The notes: a model not told the origin generated them from the sequence alone. Shown: positions 51,301 through 63,000, counted from the first letter of the stretch. The stretch is 64,000 nucleotides of DNA from Candidatus Collierbacteria bacterium (GCA_016183365.1 JACPES010000003.1:13726-77725); one strand, 5' to 3'. Program-made: numbers and translations.

Positions 51301-53520
51301 TTATTTCGGCCATTTGGATGCAATTAGCATCTGCTTCGGATATTTTCTGAAATCTTTTATCTCTTCCCAAATCGCTTCGGTCACGAAGGGGACAAACGGA
51401 TGTAGTAATTTTAAAAAAGTGATTAATCCATGAAAAATTGCCTTATCGCTAAGTTTACCGGTCTTATTTTTCTCTATTGCTTCATCGCAAAACCAATGCC
51501 AAAATTCGTTATACACCGTCTCCGCCGCCAGTCCCAGTCGGTAATTTTCTAAATTTTTGGTAACGCTGCCAATTACGGCATTAAGTTTATCGAGAAATTC
51601 CTGATCTCTGCTCTCTGATCTCTGTTCTCTGCTCATCACATATCGCGCAGCATTCCAAATTTTATTCGAGAAATTTCTCATCCCTCGCACCTTATCTTCC
51701 GAGAGGGGAATGGCGCTCCCCGGCGCTACGCCGTAGAGCAATGTCATTCGCAACGCATCCGCGCCGTATTTATCCACCAGCTCAATCGGATTAATTACGT
51801 TCCCTTTTGACTTGCTCATCTTTACCCCCTTAGCATCGGTCACCATTGACCACAGATAAACATCCCTAAACGGCACCTCTTTCTTCAAATAAAGCGAAAA
51901 TATGATCATCCGGGAAATCCAAAATGGCAGAATATCTGACAGCGTGCCGATCACGTCAGTGGGGAAGCGAGTTTTAAATTCATTTTGTTTAAGCGTCACC
52001 AACGGCCATTGTCCTGAAGAAAACCAAGTGTCAAAAGTGTCGGTTTCTTGAAGATAGTCCTCGCCCGGGGCGGAAACCGAAACAGTATATTTTATTCCAA
52101 CAGCTGCCCGCAACTCCTGTAAGCCGTTTTTAACTTCAACCAACGAATAATCTTTCAGCAATTCGCCAATTTTCCCCCTGATTAACTTTTTATTCTTATC
52201 AATGAATTTTACTTCAATATCGCCATTTTGTTTTTTGTTTTTTGTTTTTTGTTTTTTACCGATCTGGTACCACACCGGAATCCTGATTCCCCAGCAAATC
52301 TGCCGGCTAATTGGCCAGTCGTGCATCATCGTCAGCCAGGTCAGTATCTGCTTTTTAAATCTCGTCGGGTAAAACTTGATTTTATTTTCCCGCACTGCTT
52401 CCACCACCGGTTTTTTCAGCGACTCGACTTTGATAAACCAATTGGGAATTACCGTTGGCTCCAGAACCCGCTTGCACTTGTAACACAATCCGACCGAGTG
52501 TTTATAATTTTCATCTATTTTGACCATCAGCCCAGCCGCTTGAAGATCATCAGCTACCTTTTTTCTGGCTTCGGCGACTCGCAAACCTTGATAAATGCCG
52601 CATTTTTCATTGAGTTTCCCGTCCGGCCCAATCACTTGTTTGATTTCCAGCCCGTGACGCAGCCCCATTTGAAAATCATTTGGGTCATGAGCCGGCGTCA
52701 CCTTAACCACGCCGGTGCCGAATCTTGGATCTACCGTTTCATCGGCAATTACTTTTACTTTGAATTTTCCGATTAAGCCCTCAACTGTAATTTCCTGCCC
52801 AATATATTTTTTATATCGTTTATCTCTTGGATGAACCGCGACAGCCGTATCCCCAAATTTAGTCTCCGGTCTCACCGTCGCCAGGATAAATGGGCCGTAT
52901 TTAATGTAATAGAGCGGATCAACTCTTTCTTCGTGTACTACTTCCAATTCTGCCAGCGAAGTTCCGCAACGAGTACAGAAATTAACGATATAACTGTCTT
53001 TATAAATTAATCTTTCTTTCTCCATCCGGATAAAAGTTTCCCAAACCTGTTTCAAAACATGGTCATCTAAAGTAAAAACGCTCCGGCTCCAATCGGCGGA
53101 AAATCCCAGACGCTTAAATTGCTCATAGATCATCCCTGAATTGTCTTTAACGAATTGAAAAATATTTTGGTAAAGCGTTTGCCGGTCAAAATCCAGCCGC
53201 GACTTTCCTTGTTTTGCCAAATTTTTCTCGTACACAAATTGGGTCTCAAATCCGGCGTGGTCCATCCCCGGCAGCCAGACGGTCGAGTACCCCTGCATTC
53301 TTTTCCAGCGGATTAACACGTCGTCAACCGTATACATGGCGTGTCCGGCGTGAAGCGAGGCATTTGCGTTTGGCGGCGGCATCAAAATCGTAAAATTGCC
53401 CCTCTTGTCCTTCTGATCCTTCTCTCCGAATTCCGCCTTAAACGCCCCGCTCTCCTCCCATTTGCGGTAAATTTCTTTCTCAAACTTCTCCGGCTGATAA
53501 ACTTTATCCATAGCCATCAA
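51301..53520 (-). CDS. valS: Valine--tRNA ligase (compact, no C-terminal coiled coil)
   Basis: PPPNANASLHAGHAM (HIGH region), WLPGMDHAGFETQ and KMSKSKGNVI. The overall collinearity is with ValRS. An in-frame GTTTTTT repeat encodes KQKTKNKKQNG. Confidence 0.7.
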   Translation of the reverse strand: MMAMDKVYQPEKFEKEIYRKWEESGAFKAEFGEKDQKDKRGNFTILMPPPNANASLHAGHAMYTVDDVLIRWKRMQGYSTVWLPGMDHAGFETQFVYEKNLAKQGKSRLDFDRQTLYQNIFQFVKDNSGMIYEQFKRLGFSADWSRSVFTLDDHVLKQVWETFIRMEKERLIYKDSYIVNFCTRCGTSLAELEVVHEERVDPLYYIKYGPFILATVRPETKFGDTAVAVHPRDKRYKKYIGQEITVEGLIGKFKVKVIADETVDPRFGTGVVKVTPAHDPNDFQMGLRHGLEIKQVIGPDGKLNEKCGIYQGLRVAEARKKVADDLQAAGLMVKIDENYKHSVGLCYKCKRVLEPTVIPNWFIKVESLKKPVVEAVRENKIKFYPTRFKKQILTWLTMMHDWPISRQICWGIRIPVWYQIGKKQKTKNKKQNGDIEVKFIDKNKKLIRGKIGELLKDYSLVEVKNGLQELRAAVGIKYTVSVSAPGEDYLQETDTFDTWFSSGQWPLVTLKQNEFKTRFPTDVIGTLSDILPFWISRMIIFSLYLKKEVPFRDVYLWSMVTDAKGVKMSKSKGNVINPIELVDKYGADALRMTLLYGVAPGSAIPLSEDKVRGMRNFSNKIWNAARYVMSREQRSESRDQEFLDKLNAVIGSVTKNLENYRLGLAAETVYNEFWHWFCDEAIEKNKTGKLSDKAIFHGLITFLKLLHPFVPFVTEAIWEEIKDFRKYPKQMLIASKWPK

Positions 53521-53525
53521 TTGTA

Positions 53526-53912
53526 TCAGAGCTTTCCCGCGGAGTGTTTCTTCAGCCAGGCGGCAATTTCGTCGACTGAAAGATTTTCATTGGCGACCTT
53601 AAGCATCCATTTAACGGCTTGATTTGTATTTGCAGAGATAAACACTCCATTTGCCAAAAGAAATGCTATTGTTCCGGAAAAAGCCGTTCTTTTATTTCCA
53701 TCGACAAAAGGATGATTTTTAACGATAGATTGAATAAAAGCTCCTGCCTTCATGAGAGTATCAGGATAAAGATCTTCTCCGCCAAACGTCGCGAACGGCC
53801 TCCCCACCGCCGACTCCAACATCCCCATATCGCGAGCACCGGAAGAGCCGCCGTATTTTTGAATCATCCGTTCATGGAGAATTAAAACCTGACGTACAGT
53901 AAAGACTTTCAC
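53526..53912 (-). CDS. doc: Doc (death-on-curing) Fic-family toxin
   Basis: Fic motif HPFVDGNKRTAF, about 128 aa. Overlaps the upstream antitoxin by 4 nt. Confidence 0.8.
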   Translation of the reverse strand: MKVFTVRQVLILHERMIQKYGGSSGARDMGMLESAVGRPFATFGGEDLYPDTLMKAGAFIQSIVKNHPFVDGNKRTAFSGTIAFLLANGVFISANTNQAVKWMLKVANENLSVDEIAAWLKKHSAGKL

Positions 53913-54172
53913 GGAAGCTTAGCCAATTTCTCTAGGGTTTCTCCATAGATTGACTCAATGCGGATAATCAGCCTAGAAAATTCTTCATCGGATATTCTCT
54001 GGTAATCAGTTGTATTTCCCTTCGACGTAGCATATTTTATTTCCCCGTTTACTGACTGAGAAAACGCTACCCCGCCGGCTTTGAGACGATGGCGCTTCAC
54101 AAAATCTTTTGGCAGCGTTACTGCCAAAGAATTTCCCACTTGAATAATTTTATGAGCAACTGGCGTAATCAT
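53909..54172 (-). CDS. AbrB/MazE/SpoVT-type antitoxin paired with Doc
   Basis: IQVGNSLAVTLPKDFVKRHRLKAG is a swapped-hairpin AbrB-type DNA-binding domain. Confidence 0.65.
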   Translation of the reverse strand: MITPVAHKIIQVGNSLAVTLPKDFVKRHRLKAGGVAFSQSVNGEIKYATSKGNTTDYQRISDEEFSRLIIRIESIYGETLEKLAKLP

Positions 54173-54202
54173 GATTTAATTATAACCCGTTATAACATCC
54201 TG

Positions 54203-55517
54203 TCAAGAACCGCCGGTACCGCGCAAGTATACCGCTTGCCAGGGGCGGTAATTTGAAGAAAATGTTTGATGAATCAAAGTTTCTCCATTGCGTTCGACGT
54301 GATAATCGAATTTTACTTTTGCTCCCCAGGCTTTCCAATCGACTTGTTTTACTGTTCCGGCCGGGAGAGTCGGGTCATCCTGATATATATCTTCCGGCGG
54401 CGGGATCTGATCGATAATTATTGGTTTAGTAGTTTTAGCTATCCGGCCGTCGTTGGTTCCCCAAAGTTCAATAATCAAAGTAGAGGCCTGATTATCCGCT
54501 TTAGCCTGGATCAAAATATAGGCAGGAGTGTCGTTTTTAAACTTAAAATCTACCGTCGGGGAAAACACTGTGGCGTCAAACCCCGGGGGAGAATTCTGTT
54601 CGTAGTATCCCACCCGGTAGCTATGAGCCCGTCTTTCCACTATCGGCAATCCGGCCGCTAAAACTGCCCGGAATAGAGTGGTGGAATCCTGGCAAACTCC
54701 GCCGCCGTCTCCCAAGACTGTACGGCCTTCCTTAATTACATATGCCTCCAGAAAACCGGTTTCGCGGCTGATGTCGCCGACGGTATCATTAAATGAAAAA
54801 ATAGCCCCAGGCGGGATCAAGGTGCCGTCAATTTTAGTAGCTGTTAGGGCGACGTTGTGTTGTCTGCCCGGAATTGAGCCTTTATAAGTTGAAATTCCCC
54901 GGCCCAATAAAGAGTTTATCCCCAAATTGTCGGCGGTCATTTTGCCGCTAGGAATAGAGGGTTCGATTATAGAAACCGGAATTTCCACGGTCTGATAATC
55001 TTCTCCGCCGAAAACCGCGGTCAGGATTCTTCCTTTCAGCAATTCTTCATCCACTTGTTTGCCGGGTGATCCGGTCTGAAATTCAACCACTTTGTCTCCC
55101 GCGAGTTTAAATTTTGGTTCGACTACCGGAATATTTATTTTGGTAGCTGTGGAAGCAATAAAATCTTGAAGCAGAGCAGTATCATAATTAATTACAGGAT
55201 CAACAGAAATAGTATGATTGTAGGCGGCATATTTAATCATTAAATCATTGATAAAATTCCCGCTTCGACCGACGAACAAAAGTTTTTTTCTGCTTTCCGG
55301 CCAGTCTATATTCACATTGATGTTTTCGGGGGAAAATGTCAATTCGCCGACGGCAATCTGTTTGTTGCGGATTGTGGAAAAGGCCGGAGATAACTTAACC
55401 CCGGGATATGGCCTGTTCTTAAATGCTGTTTCAAAAGCGATAAAGATAGTTGGCGGCAACAGAATTATAAATGTCACCGCGAAACCGACAATTATTTTCC
55501 AATAAGGTTTCAACATG
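54203..55517 (-). CDS. VanW-family protein
   Basis: VanW core GGGVCQDSTTLFRAVLAAGLPIVERRAHSYRVGYY. The likely start is MLKPYWKII (the ORF-track N-terminus overlaps the divergent gene). Confidence 0.75.
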
Positions 55518-56918
55518 GTATATTTTACCTGTATGCCAAAACTACCGGATCCAACCTTAGGGATTAACCCTGTGGCCAGTGTACCAGTGGTTAGTGTTTC
55601 AGATGCCAAAAAGCCCAGCTTAGGGATTTTAGTTGCAATCGCAGCGGCAATAATTTTGGGGCTGGCAGGATTTTTACTTCCCAAGCTTTTTATTTTACCG
55701 CGTTTATCAAAACAAGCCGTAACTTTAACCTATTGGGGTTTATGGGAACCGGCCGAAGTTATGGCCCCGGTTATCGCCAAATATGAATCTGCTCATTTAG
55801 GTGTAAAAATTAACTATCAGATGCAGTCTAAAACCGACTATCGGGAAAGGCTTCAGTCGGTTTTGGCCAGAAAAGAAGGTCCGGACATTATGAGAATTCA
55901 TCAGTCATGGATGCCGATGTTTGCTTCCGAACTGGAGCCGGCTCCGGCGGACATCTTGTCATTAGATGAATTTGATAAGTCATTTTATAAAGACGCGCTG
56001 GCCGATATTACCCCCGGCGGCAAAGTTCTGGCGGTGCCGCTGATGACGGAAAGTTTGGGATTGTTTGTCAACAACGAAATTTTGGCGGCCACCGACTCCG
56101 GCGTGCCGGCCACTTGGGACGATCTGCGGAAAACGGCTTTTGCTTTAACCAAATGGGATGAACAGGGCAGGATTGTTCGGTCTGGAATGGCCATGGGAAC
56201 GACCAATAACATTTCCAGTTGGCCGGATATTTTGGCTCTGCTGATGCTGCAAAACAGCGTTGATTTGGTTAAACCGAACGCCACAATTGACGCTCGGGGC
56301 CGGAATTTAGGGGCTGACGCTTTGAAGTTTTATACCATTTTTGCTACTAAAGATAGAATTTGGGATAAAACTTTGCCCCCTGACATAGTGGCTTTTGCGA
56401 CCGGAAAAGTAGCCATGATGATTGGTCCTTCCTGGCAAGTTCACCAAATTGTGACTCTTAACCCCAAATTGGATTTTTCGATTCATCCGGTGCCGCAGTT
56501 AACCAGCCAGCGCCGGATATCCTGGTCATCGGCTTGGGTGGAGGGGGTATCTAAAAACTCAAAATATAAAAAGCAATCTTGGGAGTTTTTAAAATATTTA
56601 TCCTCTCAAGAATCTTTGCAGATGATGTATACCGAAGCGGCTAAGATCCGGCCTTTCGGAGAAATTTATCCCCGCCGCGATATGGCTCAATCATTATCCG
56701 GCGCTAAGTACGTCGAACCATTTGTTAAACAGGCGGAGTTTGGAAAATCTTGGTATATGGCTTCTCAAACCCAAGATAATGGGATCAATGACGAAATAAT
56801 TGCCTATTATGAAGACGCCATTAACGGAATAGTGGAAAAACAAATGACGCCGGAAATAGTGATTGAAACCGTGGCCCAAGGAGTAAAGCAGGTGTTGACA
56901 AAGTTCGGAGTGAAATAA
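55516..56918 (+). CDS. ABC transporter extracellular solute-binding protein (family 1)
   Basis: Signal/anchor followed by a type-1 SBP fold (TLTYWGLWEPAE..., ALPFTY-type pattern). Its start overlaps the VanW start as CATG. Confidence 0.65.
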
Positions 56919-56930
56919 ATAGCGATCCGA

Positions 56931-57878
56931 ATGACACGAATCGGAAGAAAAATCTTCTCTACCCTGCTATATCATTCTATTTTTGACTATCCTTTAACTA
57001 TTGATGAAATACACCACTATTTAATTTCCGAGAAAATTGTGCCGTTGTCAACGTTAAAAGAGGAAATTGGTGTTTTGCTAAAAGTTGGGAAAATTTTGTC
57101 AGGCGGCGAATTCTTTATTTCATCATCTATCATCCATTATCCATTATCCATCATTGTCCTCCGCCGCCACCGGAAGGATATAAGCCAAAAGAAACTGATG
57201 ATTGCGAAACGGGCATCAAGGGTCATTTCAATAATTCCGTGGGTCAAAATGATAGCCATTACCGGAGCTTTGGCGATGGAAAACGTCGACGAGAAAGACG
57301 ATATTGACCTTATGATTATTACCTCAAAAAATCGCCTATGGATTGTCCGCCCATTGGTTCTCTTGTTTGTCTCTCTTTTCTTCAAACGCCGTCATCCTTT
57401 GTCCAACGCTACAACTAACCACCAATCCGGCGGAGCCGGATCCCGCTCCGCGGGACAACTAATAACCCATAACAATGAAATTTGTGTAAATTTGTGGCTT
57501 GATGAATCTGCTCTGGTTATTCCCGAAGGCCAACGAAATCTTTACACTGCCCATGAATTGGCCCAAATGAAGCCGATTGTCAACAAAGAAAAAACATATG
57601 AAAAAATGCTTATTCGGAATAAATGGGGAGAAAAATTCTTAGCAAATTTTTGGTCAACAATTCAGCAATTTAACAATTTAACAATTAACAATCAGCAATT
57701 TGCTACTAACAACCCGTTGAACTTACTGAATCTATTTCTCTTTTGCCTCCAATTTACTTATATGAAAGCAAAGATGACCAACGAACGCGTCTCGCTTCAT
57801 GCCGCTTTCTTTCATCCGGGGAACAGGGCTGATACAATTCTTACCGCATATGACCGTCTTCGTCACCGGGATTTTTGA
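56931..57878 (+). CDS. Nucleotidyltransferase-fold (Pol-beta superfamily) protein
   Basis: ITGALAMENVDEKDDIDLMIIT is a GS...D.D-type NTase motif. Two heptamer repeats are in frame (SSSIIHYPLSII and QQFNNLTINNQQF). Confidence 0.4.
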   Translation: MTRIGRKIFSTLLYHSIFDYPLTIDEIHHYLISEKIVPLSTLKEEIGVLLKVGKILSGGEFFISSSIIHYPLSIIVLRRHRKDISQKKLMIAKRASRVISIIPWVKMIAITGALAMENVDEKDDIDLMIITSKNRLWIVRPLVLLFVSLFFKRRHPLSNATTNHQSGGAGSRSAGQLITHNNEICVNLWLDESALVIPEGQRNLYTAHELAQMKPIVNKEKTYEKMLIRNKWGEKFLANFWSTIQQFNNLTINNQQFATNNPLNLLNLFLFCLQFTYMKAKMTNERVSLHAAFFHPGNRADTILTAYDRLRHRDF

Positions 57879-58269
57879 TTTGTTGCACATCGAGCATCTG
57901 AATTTTTTGCGCGCCGCTAAGAAATTGGGAGGCAAACTGGTGGTGGGGATTGAATCTGATGCCAGAACAAAACAGTTGAAGGGGTCAAATCGGCCAATCA
58001 TGAATCAGGCTGAAAGAAAACAAATGCTGGAAGCCTTGGATTGCGTCGACGAAGTCATAGTTTTGCCCGATAAATTTAACTCCGATCAAGAATATGAGAA
58101 AATACTTTTGTCGGTTGGGGCGGATACTTACGCAGTATCGGAAAACAGTCCCTTTATGGAAAATAAAAAAAGAATTTGTCAGAGAGCCGGAGTTACGATT
58201 AAGGTTGTTAATCGGTATAATCCTGAATATTCGACTACTAAATTGATTGAAAAATTGTCATATTGTTAA
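57846..58269 (+). CDS. Cytidylyltransferase-like (HxGH) nucleotidyltransferase
   Basis: VFVTGIFDLLHIEHLNFL is an HxGH motif, as in RibL/TagD-like enzymes. The likely start is MTVFVTG; the ORF-track start at 57799 overlaps the previous gene. Confidence 0.55.
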
Positions 58270-58340
58270 ATTGTTAATTGAAATACACGCCAATTAGTCC
58301 TGCGAAGCATGATCTGGCCCCGCCAGACAATCTAGCAAAT
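58258..58340. repeat. About 80-nt hairpin repeat element, copy 2
   Basis: TATTGTTAAATTGTTAATTGAAATACACGCCAATTAGTCCTGCGAAGCATGATCTGGCCCCGCCAGACAATCTAGCAAAT, about 85% identical to copy 1. It lies immediately before the start of the YidC-like gene. Confidence 0.5.
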
Positions 58341-59106
58341 GATTATGAATTTATTCACCCAGATTTTCTACCAGCCATTTATAAATCTTTTGGTCGTGAT
58401 TTATTACGGCCTGCGGTTTATTTTGGGCTCAAATGCCGATATGGGCATGGCGGTAATATTGTTTACAGTGGCTATCAGAATAATCTTATTGCCGTTGACT
58501 ATTTCCGGAGATCGGACAGAAGCCGAAAGGTATAAATTGTCCGGAGAGGTTGACGAGCTTAAAAAAAGGTTTTCCGCCGATCCGGTGGCCCGCGATGCTC
58601 ACGTCAAGAATTTATTGAGATCAAACCGGAAAATTGTATTTTTATCTGGTCTTAATCTTGTCATCCAAACCATTGTAGCTTTAATGCTATGGCGGATATT
58701 TGCCAAAGGTTTATTGGGGGCCGACTTTCACTTTTTATATGATTTTGTCCCCCAGCCAAAAGAAACGCTTAATTTAACCTTTATGGGTCAGTATGATTTA
58801 ACCAAGCCAAATCCTACTCTCAACGTCTTGCAGTCAATCCTGATTTTTATTTTTGAAATTGAGGCTAGCTTATTTTCATTGTTTCCTATCACCAGGAAAG
58901 AAATAATCCTGGCCCAGCTTACCCTGCCGATAGGCTCATATATTATTTTTTCCCAACTTCCGGCCGGGAAAAAGTTGTTCATTATTACCACCTTGATTTT
59001 TAGCATTGGCTACACTACTTTTAGCCAGATAAAATATTGGTGGTATAGGTTGGAAAAAACAATGAACAGAAAACCTGCCTCGCCGGCAGGCGGGCAAGAA
59101 GCATGA
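58339..59106 (+). CDS. YidC/Oxa1-like membrane insertase paralog
   Basis: MAVILFTVAIRIILLPLTISGDRTEAERYKLSGEVDELKKRF...SNRKIVFLSGLNLVIQTIVALMLWRIF parallels the YidC core. Confidence 0.5.
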   Translation: MIMNLFTQIFYQPFINLLVVIYYGLRFILGSNADMGMAVILFTVAIRIILLPLTISGDRTEAERYKLSGEVDELKKRFSADPVARDAHVKNLLRSNRKIVFLSGLNLVIQTIVALMLWRIFAKGLLGADFHFLYDFVPQPKETLNLTFMGQYDLTKPNPTLNVLQSILIFIFEIEASLFSLFPITRKEIILAQLTLPIGSYIIFSQLPAGKKLFIITTLIFSIGYTTFSQIKYWWYRLEKTMNRKPASPAGGQEA

Positions 59107-59201
59107 AACAATGACAAGTTAGGAAACAATGAGGCTCCCGACTTGTAATTTGCCCTGGTTGTTAATTAGAGAGTACAATATACAACAATATTTCTTAATT
59201 T

Positions 59202-59759
59202 ATGTTTGATAGATTAGTGGTTTCATTCTTTGTCGACGAAGTGGTCGGCGGTTTTTTTATTTCTGTCCCCCCCGGCCATATTGCCTGCGTTTATGACCGT
59301 GGCCGTGGAGTTTTGCCGCACATTTGGGGTCCGGGACTCCATTTAAAAATTCCTTTTTGGCAGGTGGCCAAACTGTTTAACGCCCAGATTTTGGAATATA
59401 CGATTATTGATAATGCGGATTTATCGAATAAAGAAGCCCTAGGAGATAGGCCGATTCACGCCACTACCAAAGATGGAATCAGCTTAATAATTACCGGCTC
59501 GATCCTGTTTAAGATTGACAAAAATAATGCCCCGGAATTATGGGAAAGCATCGGCGAAAATTTTGTTTCCAAAGTTGTCAGACCGGTTAGCCGCAGTAAA
59601 ATCGCCTCGGTTGTCAGCACTTTATCCTTAGAGCGGTTGCAAAATGATCGGCCTTTGATCGAAAAACAGTTGAAAGAAGAGTTTAATACCGAGTTTCAGA
59701 ACAAGGGGTTGATTTGCGAAGGGGTGCTGTTGTCCGAAATCCAAAAATCCTCCTCTTGA
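59202..59759 (+). CDS. SPFH/band-7-domain protein
   Basis: HIACVYDRGRGVLPHIWGPGLHLKIPFWQVAKLFNAQILEYTI is an SPFH N-terminal pattern. Confidence 0.55.
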   Translation: MFDRLVVSFFVDEVVGGFFISVPPGHIACVYDRGRGVLPHIWGPGLHLKIPFWQVAKLFNAQILEYTIIDNADLSNKEALGDRPIHATTKDGISLIITGSILFKIDKNNAPELWESIGENFVSKVVRPVSRSKIASVVSTLSLERLQNDRPLIEKQLKEEFNTEFQNKGLICEGVLLSEIQKSSS

Positions 59760-59830
59760 CAGATTTTCCAATCTGTTTTATATTACCCCTCTAGTACTTT
59801 GGTTAAAAGAATGATAAGATATACATATCT

Positions 59831-60142
59831 ATGGCAATGGCAAAATTAATTGACCCCAAATCCCTTAAACCCCTACCGGGATATATTCTAGTTGAACCGG
59901 TAAAGGCCGACAAGAAAACCATTTCCGGAATTTATTTACCCGACTCTCACGACGAAAAACCCCAACAGGGGGTGGTTTTGGCTGTAGGCGGAGATTGGGA
60001 GACCGAGCATGGCGCCAAAATAGCCTGTCCGGTTAAAAAGGGAGACCACGTGATATATAAAAAATGGGGCGGAAATGACGTTAAGATCGGTGAAGTAGAA
60101 TACCAGTTCCTTAAATTTGAGGATGTGTTAGCAATAATTTAA
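59831..60142 (+). CDS. groES: Co-chaperonin GroES
   Basis: IKPLPGYILVEPVKADKKTISGIYLPDS, about 100 aa, immediately upstream of groEL. Confidence 0.9.
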   Translation: MAMAKLIDPKSLKPLPGYILVEPVKADKKTISGIYLPDSHDEKPQQGVVLAVGGDWETEHGAKIACPVKKGDHVIYKKWGGNDVKIGEVEYQFLKFEDVLAII

Positions 60143-60215
60143 AATTTCAGATTTCAGAATTCATATTTTCTGAAAAAATCTGCAATCTGAAATATAAAAT
60201 CTGAAATAATTCAAT

Positions 60216-61835
60216 ATGGCAAAACAATTACTTTTTTCTGATCAGGCTCGGAATAAACTCATTTCTGGAGTTAATCAGCTGGCCAAAGCGGTTATCACTA
60301 CTTTGGGACCTCGGGGCCGTAATGTCGCTTTGGATAAAAAATGGGGGGCTCCGGCCGTGGTCCACGACGGAGTTTCAGTTGCCAAAGAAATAGAACTGAA
60401 AGATCCTTTTGAAAATATGGGAGCCCAGTTGGTGAAGGAAGCAGCCAGCAAAACCAATGACGTGGCCGGCGACGGAACCACCACGGCTACGGTTTTGGCT
60501 CAAACTATCGTTTCCGCCGGTATGAAAAATATTACCGCCGGGGCTAACCCTATGCTGATTAAACACGGCATTGACAAGTCGGTTGAGGCGTTAGTAACCG
60601 AATTAAAACGGATAGCCAAAGACGTTAAGCCCGAAGATTGGGAATCGGTGGCGACTATTTCTGCCGGCGACCAGAAAATCGGGAAAAAGATTGCCGAGGC
60701 CCTGAAATTGGTCGGACGTGATGGGTTGGTAGAAGTGGAAGAGGGCAAAGGTTTTGAAATCGAGATTGACCATAAAGAGGGGATGGCCTTTGATAAAGGC
60801 TACGCTTCTCCATATTTTTCCACTAACGCCGACACCATGGAATCGGAAATCAGCGATGCCTATATTTTAATTACAGATCAAAAAGTCAGCTCTATCTCCG
60901 ACCTTTTACCATTCTTGGAGAAATTCGTCAAAGTTAGCAAGAATTTGGTAATCGTAGCCGACGAAGTCGAAGGCGAAGCCTTGGCGACCTTGGTGGTCAA
61001 CAAAATGCGCGGTTCATTTAATGTTTTGGCAGTTAAAGCTCCGGGATTTGGCGACAGGCGCAAGGCCATGCTGGAAGATATCGCGATTTTAACCGGCGGG
61101 TCGTTTATTTCTGAAGATGCTGGCCGGAAATTGGATTCGGTAACCGTGGAAGATTTGGGCCGGGCCGATAGGGTGATAGCCGATAAGGATAATACCAGAA
61201 TTATCGGCGGCGGTGGAGCAAAGGCCGCAATTCAAGCCCGAATTCAATCGATTAGATCAGAGATGGACAGGACTACCAGCGACTTTGATAAAGAGAAATT
61301 GCAGGAGAGATTGGCCAAGCTGTCCGGCGGAGTGGCGGTAATCAGTGTCGGGGCGGCAACGGAAGTTGAGCTTAAAGAGCTCCAGGAAAGAGTCAAAGAC
61401 GCGGTAGAAGCGACAAAAGCGGCGATAGAAGAGGGAATTGTGCCGGGCGGAGGGGTAGCCTTGCTAAGATCGGCCAAAGTTTTGGATAAATTGACCGTCA
61501 GCGGGAATGACGAAAAAGTCGGAGTCGACATTATGCGCGACGTTTGCCAGCAACCCTTAAGATGGTTGGCAACGAACTCTGGCATGGACGCAGGTTGGGT
61601 GGTGCGGAAAGTTGCCGACTCGGCTGTCGCGGATTACGGTTTTGACGCCCTGACTCTTGATTTCGGTTCGATGCTCAAGAAAGGGATTATCGATCCGGTC
61701 AAAGTTACCAGAACCGCTTTGCAAAACGCGGCTTCGGTGGGATCGATGATTTTGACCACGGAGGCCTTGGTTACAGATATTGAGAAAAAAGACGATAAAT
61801 CATCTACTCCGGACATGTCCGGGATGGACATGTAA
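60216..61835 (+). CDS. groEL: Chaperonin GroEL
   Basis: [15 protein letters not shown] and [10 protein letters not shown], 539 aa, with a C-terminal GM-rich tail (MSGMDM). Confidence 0.95.
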   Translation: MAKQLLFSDQARNKLISGVNQLAKAVITTLGPRGRNVALDKKWGAPAVVHDGVSVAKEIELKDPFENMGAQLVKEAASKTNDVAGDGTTTATVLAQTIVSAGMKNITAGANPMLIKHGIDKSVEALVTELKRIAKDVKPEDWESVATISAGDQKIGKKIAEALKLVGRDGLVEVEEGKGFEIEIDHKEGMAFDKGYASPYFSTNADTMESEISDAYILITDQKVSSISDLLPFLEKFVKVSKNLVIVADEVEGEALATLVVNKMRGSFNVLAVKAPGFGDRRKAMLEDIAILTGGSFISEDAGRKLDSVTVEDLGRADRVIADKDNTRIIGGGGAKAAIQARIQSIRSEMDRTTSDFDKEKLQERLAKLSGGVAVISVGAATEVELKELQERVKDAVEATKAAIEEGIVPGGGVALLRSAKVLDKLTVSGNDEKVGVDIMRDVCQQPLRWLATNSGMDAGWVVRKVADSAVADYGFDALTLDFGSMLKKGIIDPVKVTRTALQNAASVGSMILTTEALVTDIEKKDDKSSTPDMSGMDM

Positions 61836-61861
61836 TTTAAATCTTAACCCCGGCTTTAAGC

Positions 61862-62330
61862 TTGGCCGATTTATTCCGCAGGGCAAAAGTAATAGAACGC
61901 AGGCCGTTTGCTAAAGAAGCCGACGGGCGAAAGATTACGGTTCTCATGGACGGCAAAGATATTTCCTGGGCGATCCGGACTCATGAAATCGATGATTTAG
62001 TGGCTAAATTTGGCGAACACAAAGAGATTATCCAGGCGGTACACGAAAAAGAACGGAAACTGGCCAGCAGGCAGGATGTGGTGATTGAAGACCGGGAGAT
62101 TGGGACGGCGGTTTCAAGAGTATGAAGCGCGGGGGAATAACGTGCCGCATAGCGAAATTGTCAGGGCGTTGAAGGAGCGGGATGAGCTGAATATGCGGCG
62201 GGCGTACGCGCCGCTAAGGAAGGCGGAAGATGCGATGGTGATTGATACTAGTAATAGAACTATCGAAGAGGTAGTGGAGATGATCATTAAGATGGTACCA
62301 AAAGAATTTCCATCTTCAAGAAATCTGTAG
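61862..62330 (+). pseudogene. cmk: Cytidylate kinase remnant: P-loop missing, internal deletion and frameshift
   Basis: ORF1 covers only the middle of Cmk (ITVLMDGKDISWAIRTHEI...VIEDREIGTAV). ORF2 in another frame covers the C-terminus (YEARGNNVPHSEIVRALKERDELNMRRAYAPLRKAEDAMVIDTS). There is no N-terminal GxxGxGKS and about 20 aa are missing at the junction. Confidence 0.5.
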
Positions 62331-62343
62331 ACAAATAGATTAA

Positions 62344-62910
62344 TTACAGCTCTGGCAGAATCTGTTTTGGATTAAGGTATCCGGAATCATTTCTAACCTC
62401 AAAATGTAGATGCGGGCCGGTGGTCCAACCGGTCATACCGACGGTTCCCAAAACAGTTTCTTTGGTGACTGAATCGCCGACATTAACGTTAATCGTGTCC
62501 AGGTGGGCGTAAAGCGTCTGTAATTGGCCGGCATGTTCCACTACTACTTTGTTGCCATACCCAAACCTTTTGCGTTCGATTTCGACCACTTTACCTGTCG
62601 CTGCCGCTAAAATCGAAGTGCCGCGTTTGGCCCTGATATCTACTCCGGGGTGTTGATTACGGAATCCTTGGGAAAATCCGTTATCTTCAGCCACAGGAAT
62701 CCTAAAGGTGGTTTCAGTAATAACCTTGATCGCATTCGGGGTTAATGTGGCTATGTCGACGGTTTCGACCGGAACCTGTCCGCCGACTGGCCCCATTAAA
62801 TTGACCAGAATTATCGATAAAGCTAGATTCCCTCCGACTATTAACTTAATCTTTCGATTTTCAAAGATAGGTCGTAGCCGACGGGATAAAAAGTGACTTT
62901 TCCATAACAT
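62344..62910 (-). CDS. M23-family metallopeptidase, membrane-anchored
   Basis: HPGVDIRAKRGTSILAAATGKVV and GMTGWTTGPHLHFEV. Confidence 0.8.
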   Translation of the reverse strand: MLWKSHFLSRRLRPIFENRKIKLIVGGNLALSIILVNLMGPVGGQVPVETVDIATLTPNAIKVITETTFRIPVAEDNGFSQGFRNQHPGVDIRAKRGTSILAAATGKVVEIERKRFGYGNKVVVEHAGQLQTLYAHLDTINVNVGDSVTKETVLGTVGMTGWTTGPHLHFEVRNDSGYLNPKQILPEL

Positions 62911-63000
62911 AATTAGGCTTAATTTAGGCCCTATTAATAATTAACCTACGCTTGGTGGCGTAGGCTAATAGATACGTGTATGATATACCAAAAGGCCGAA

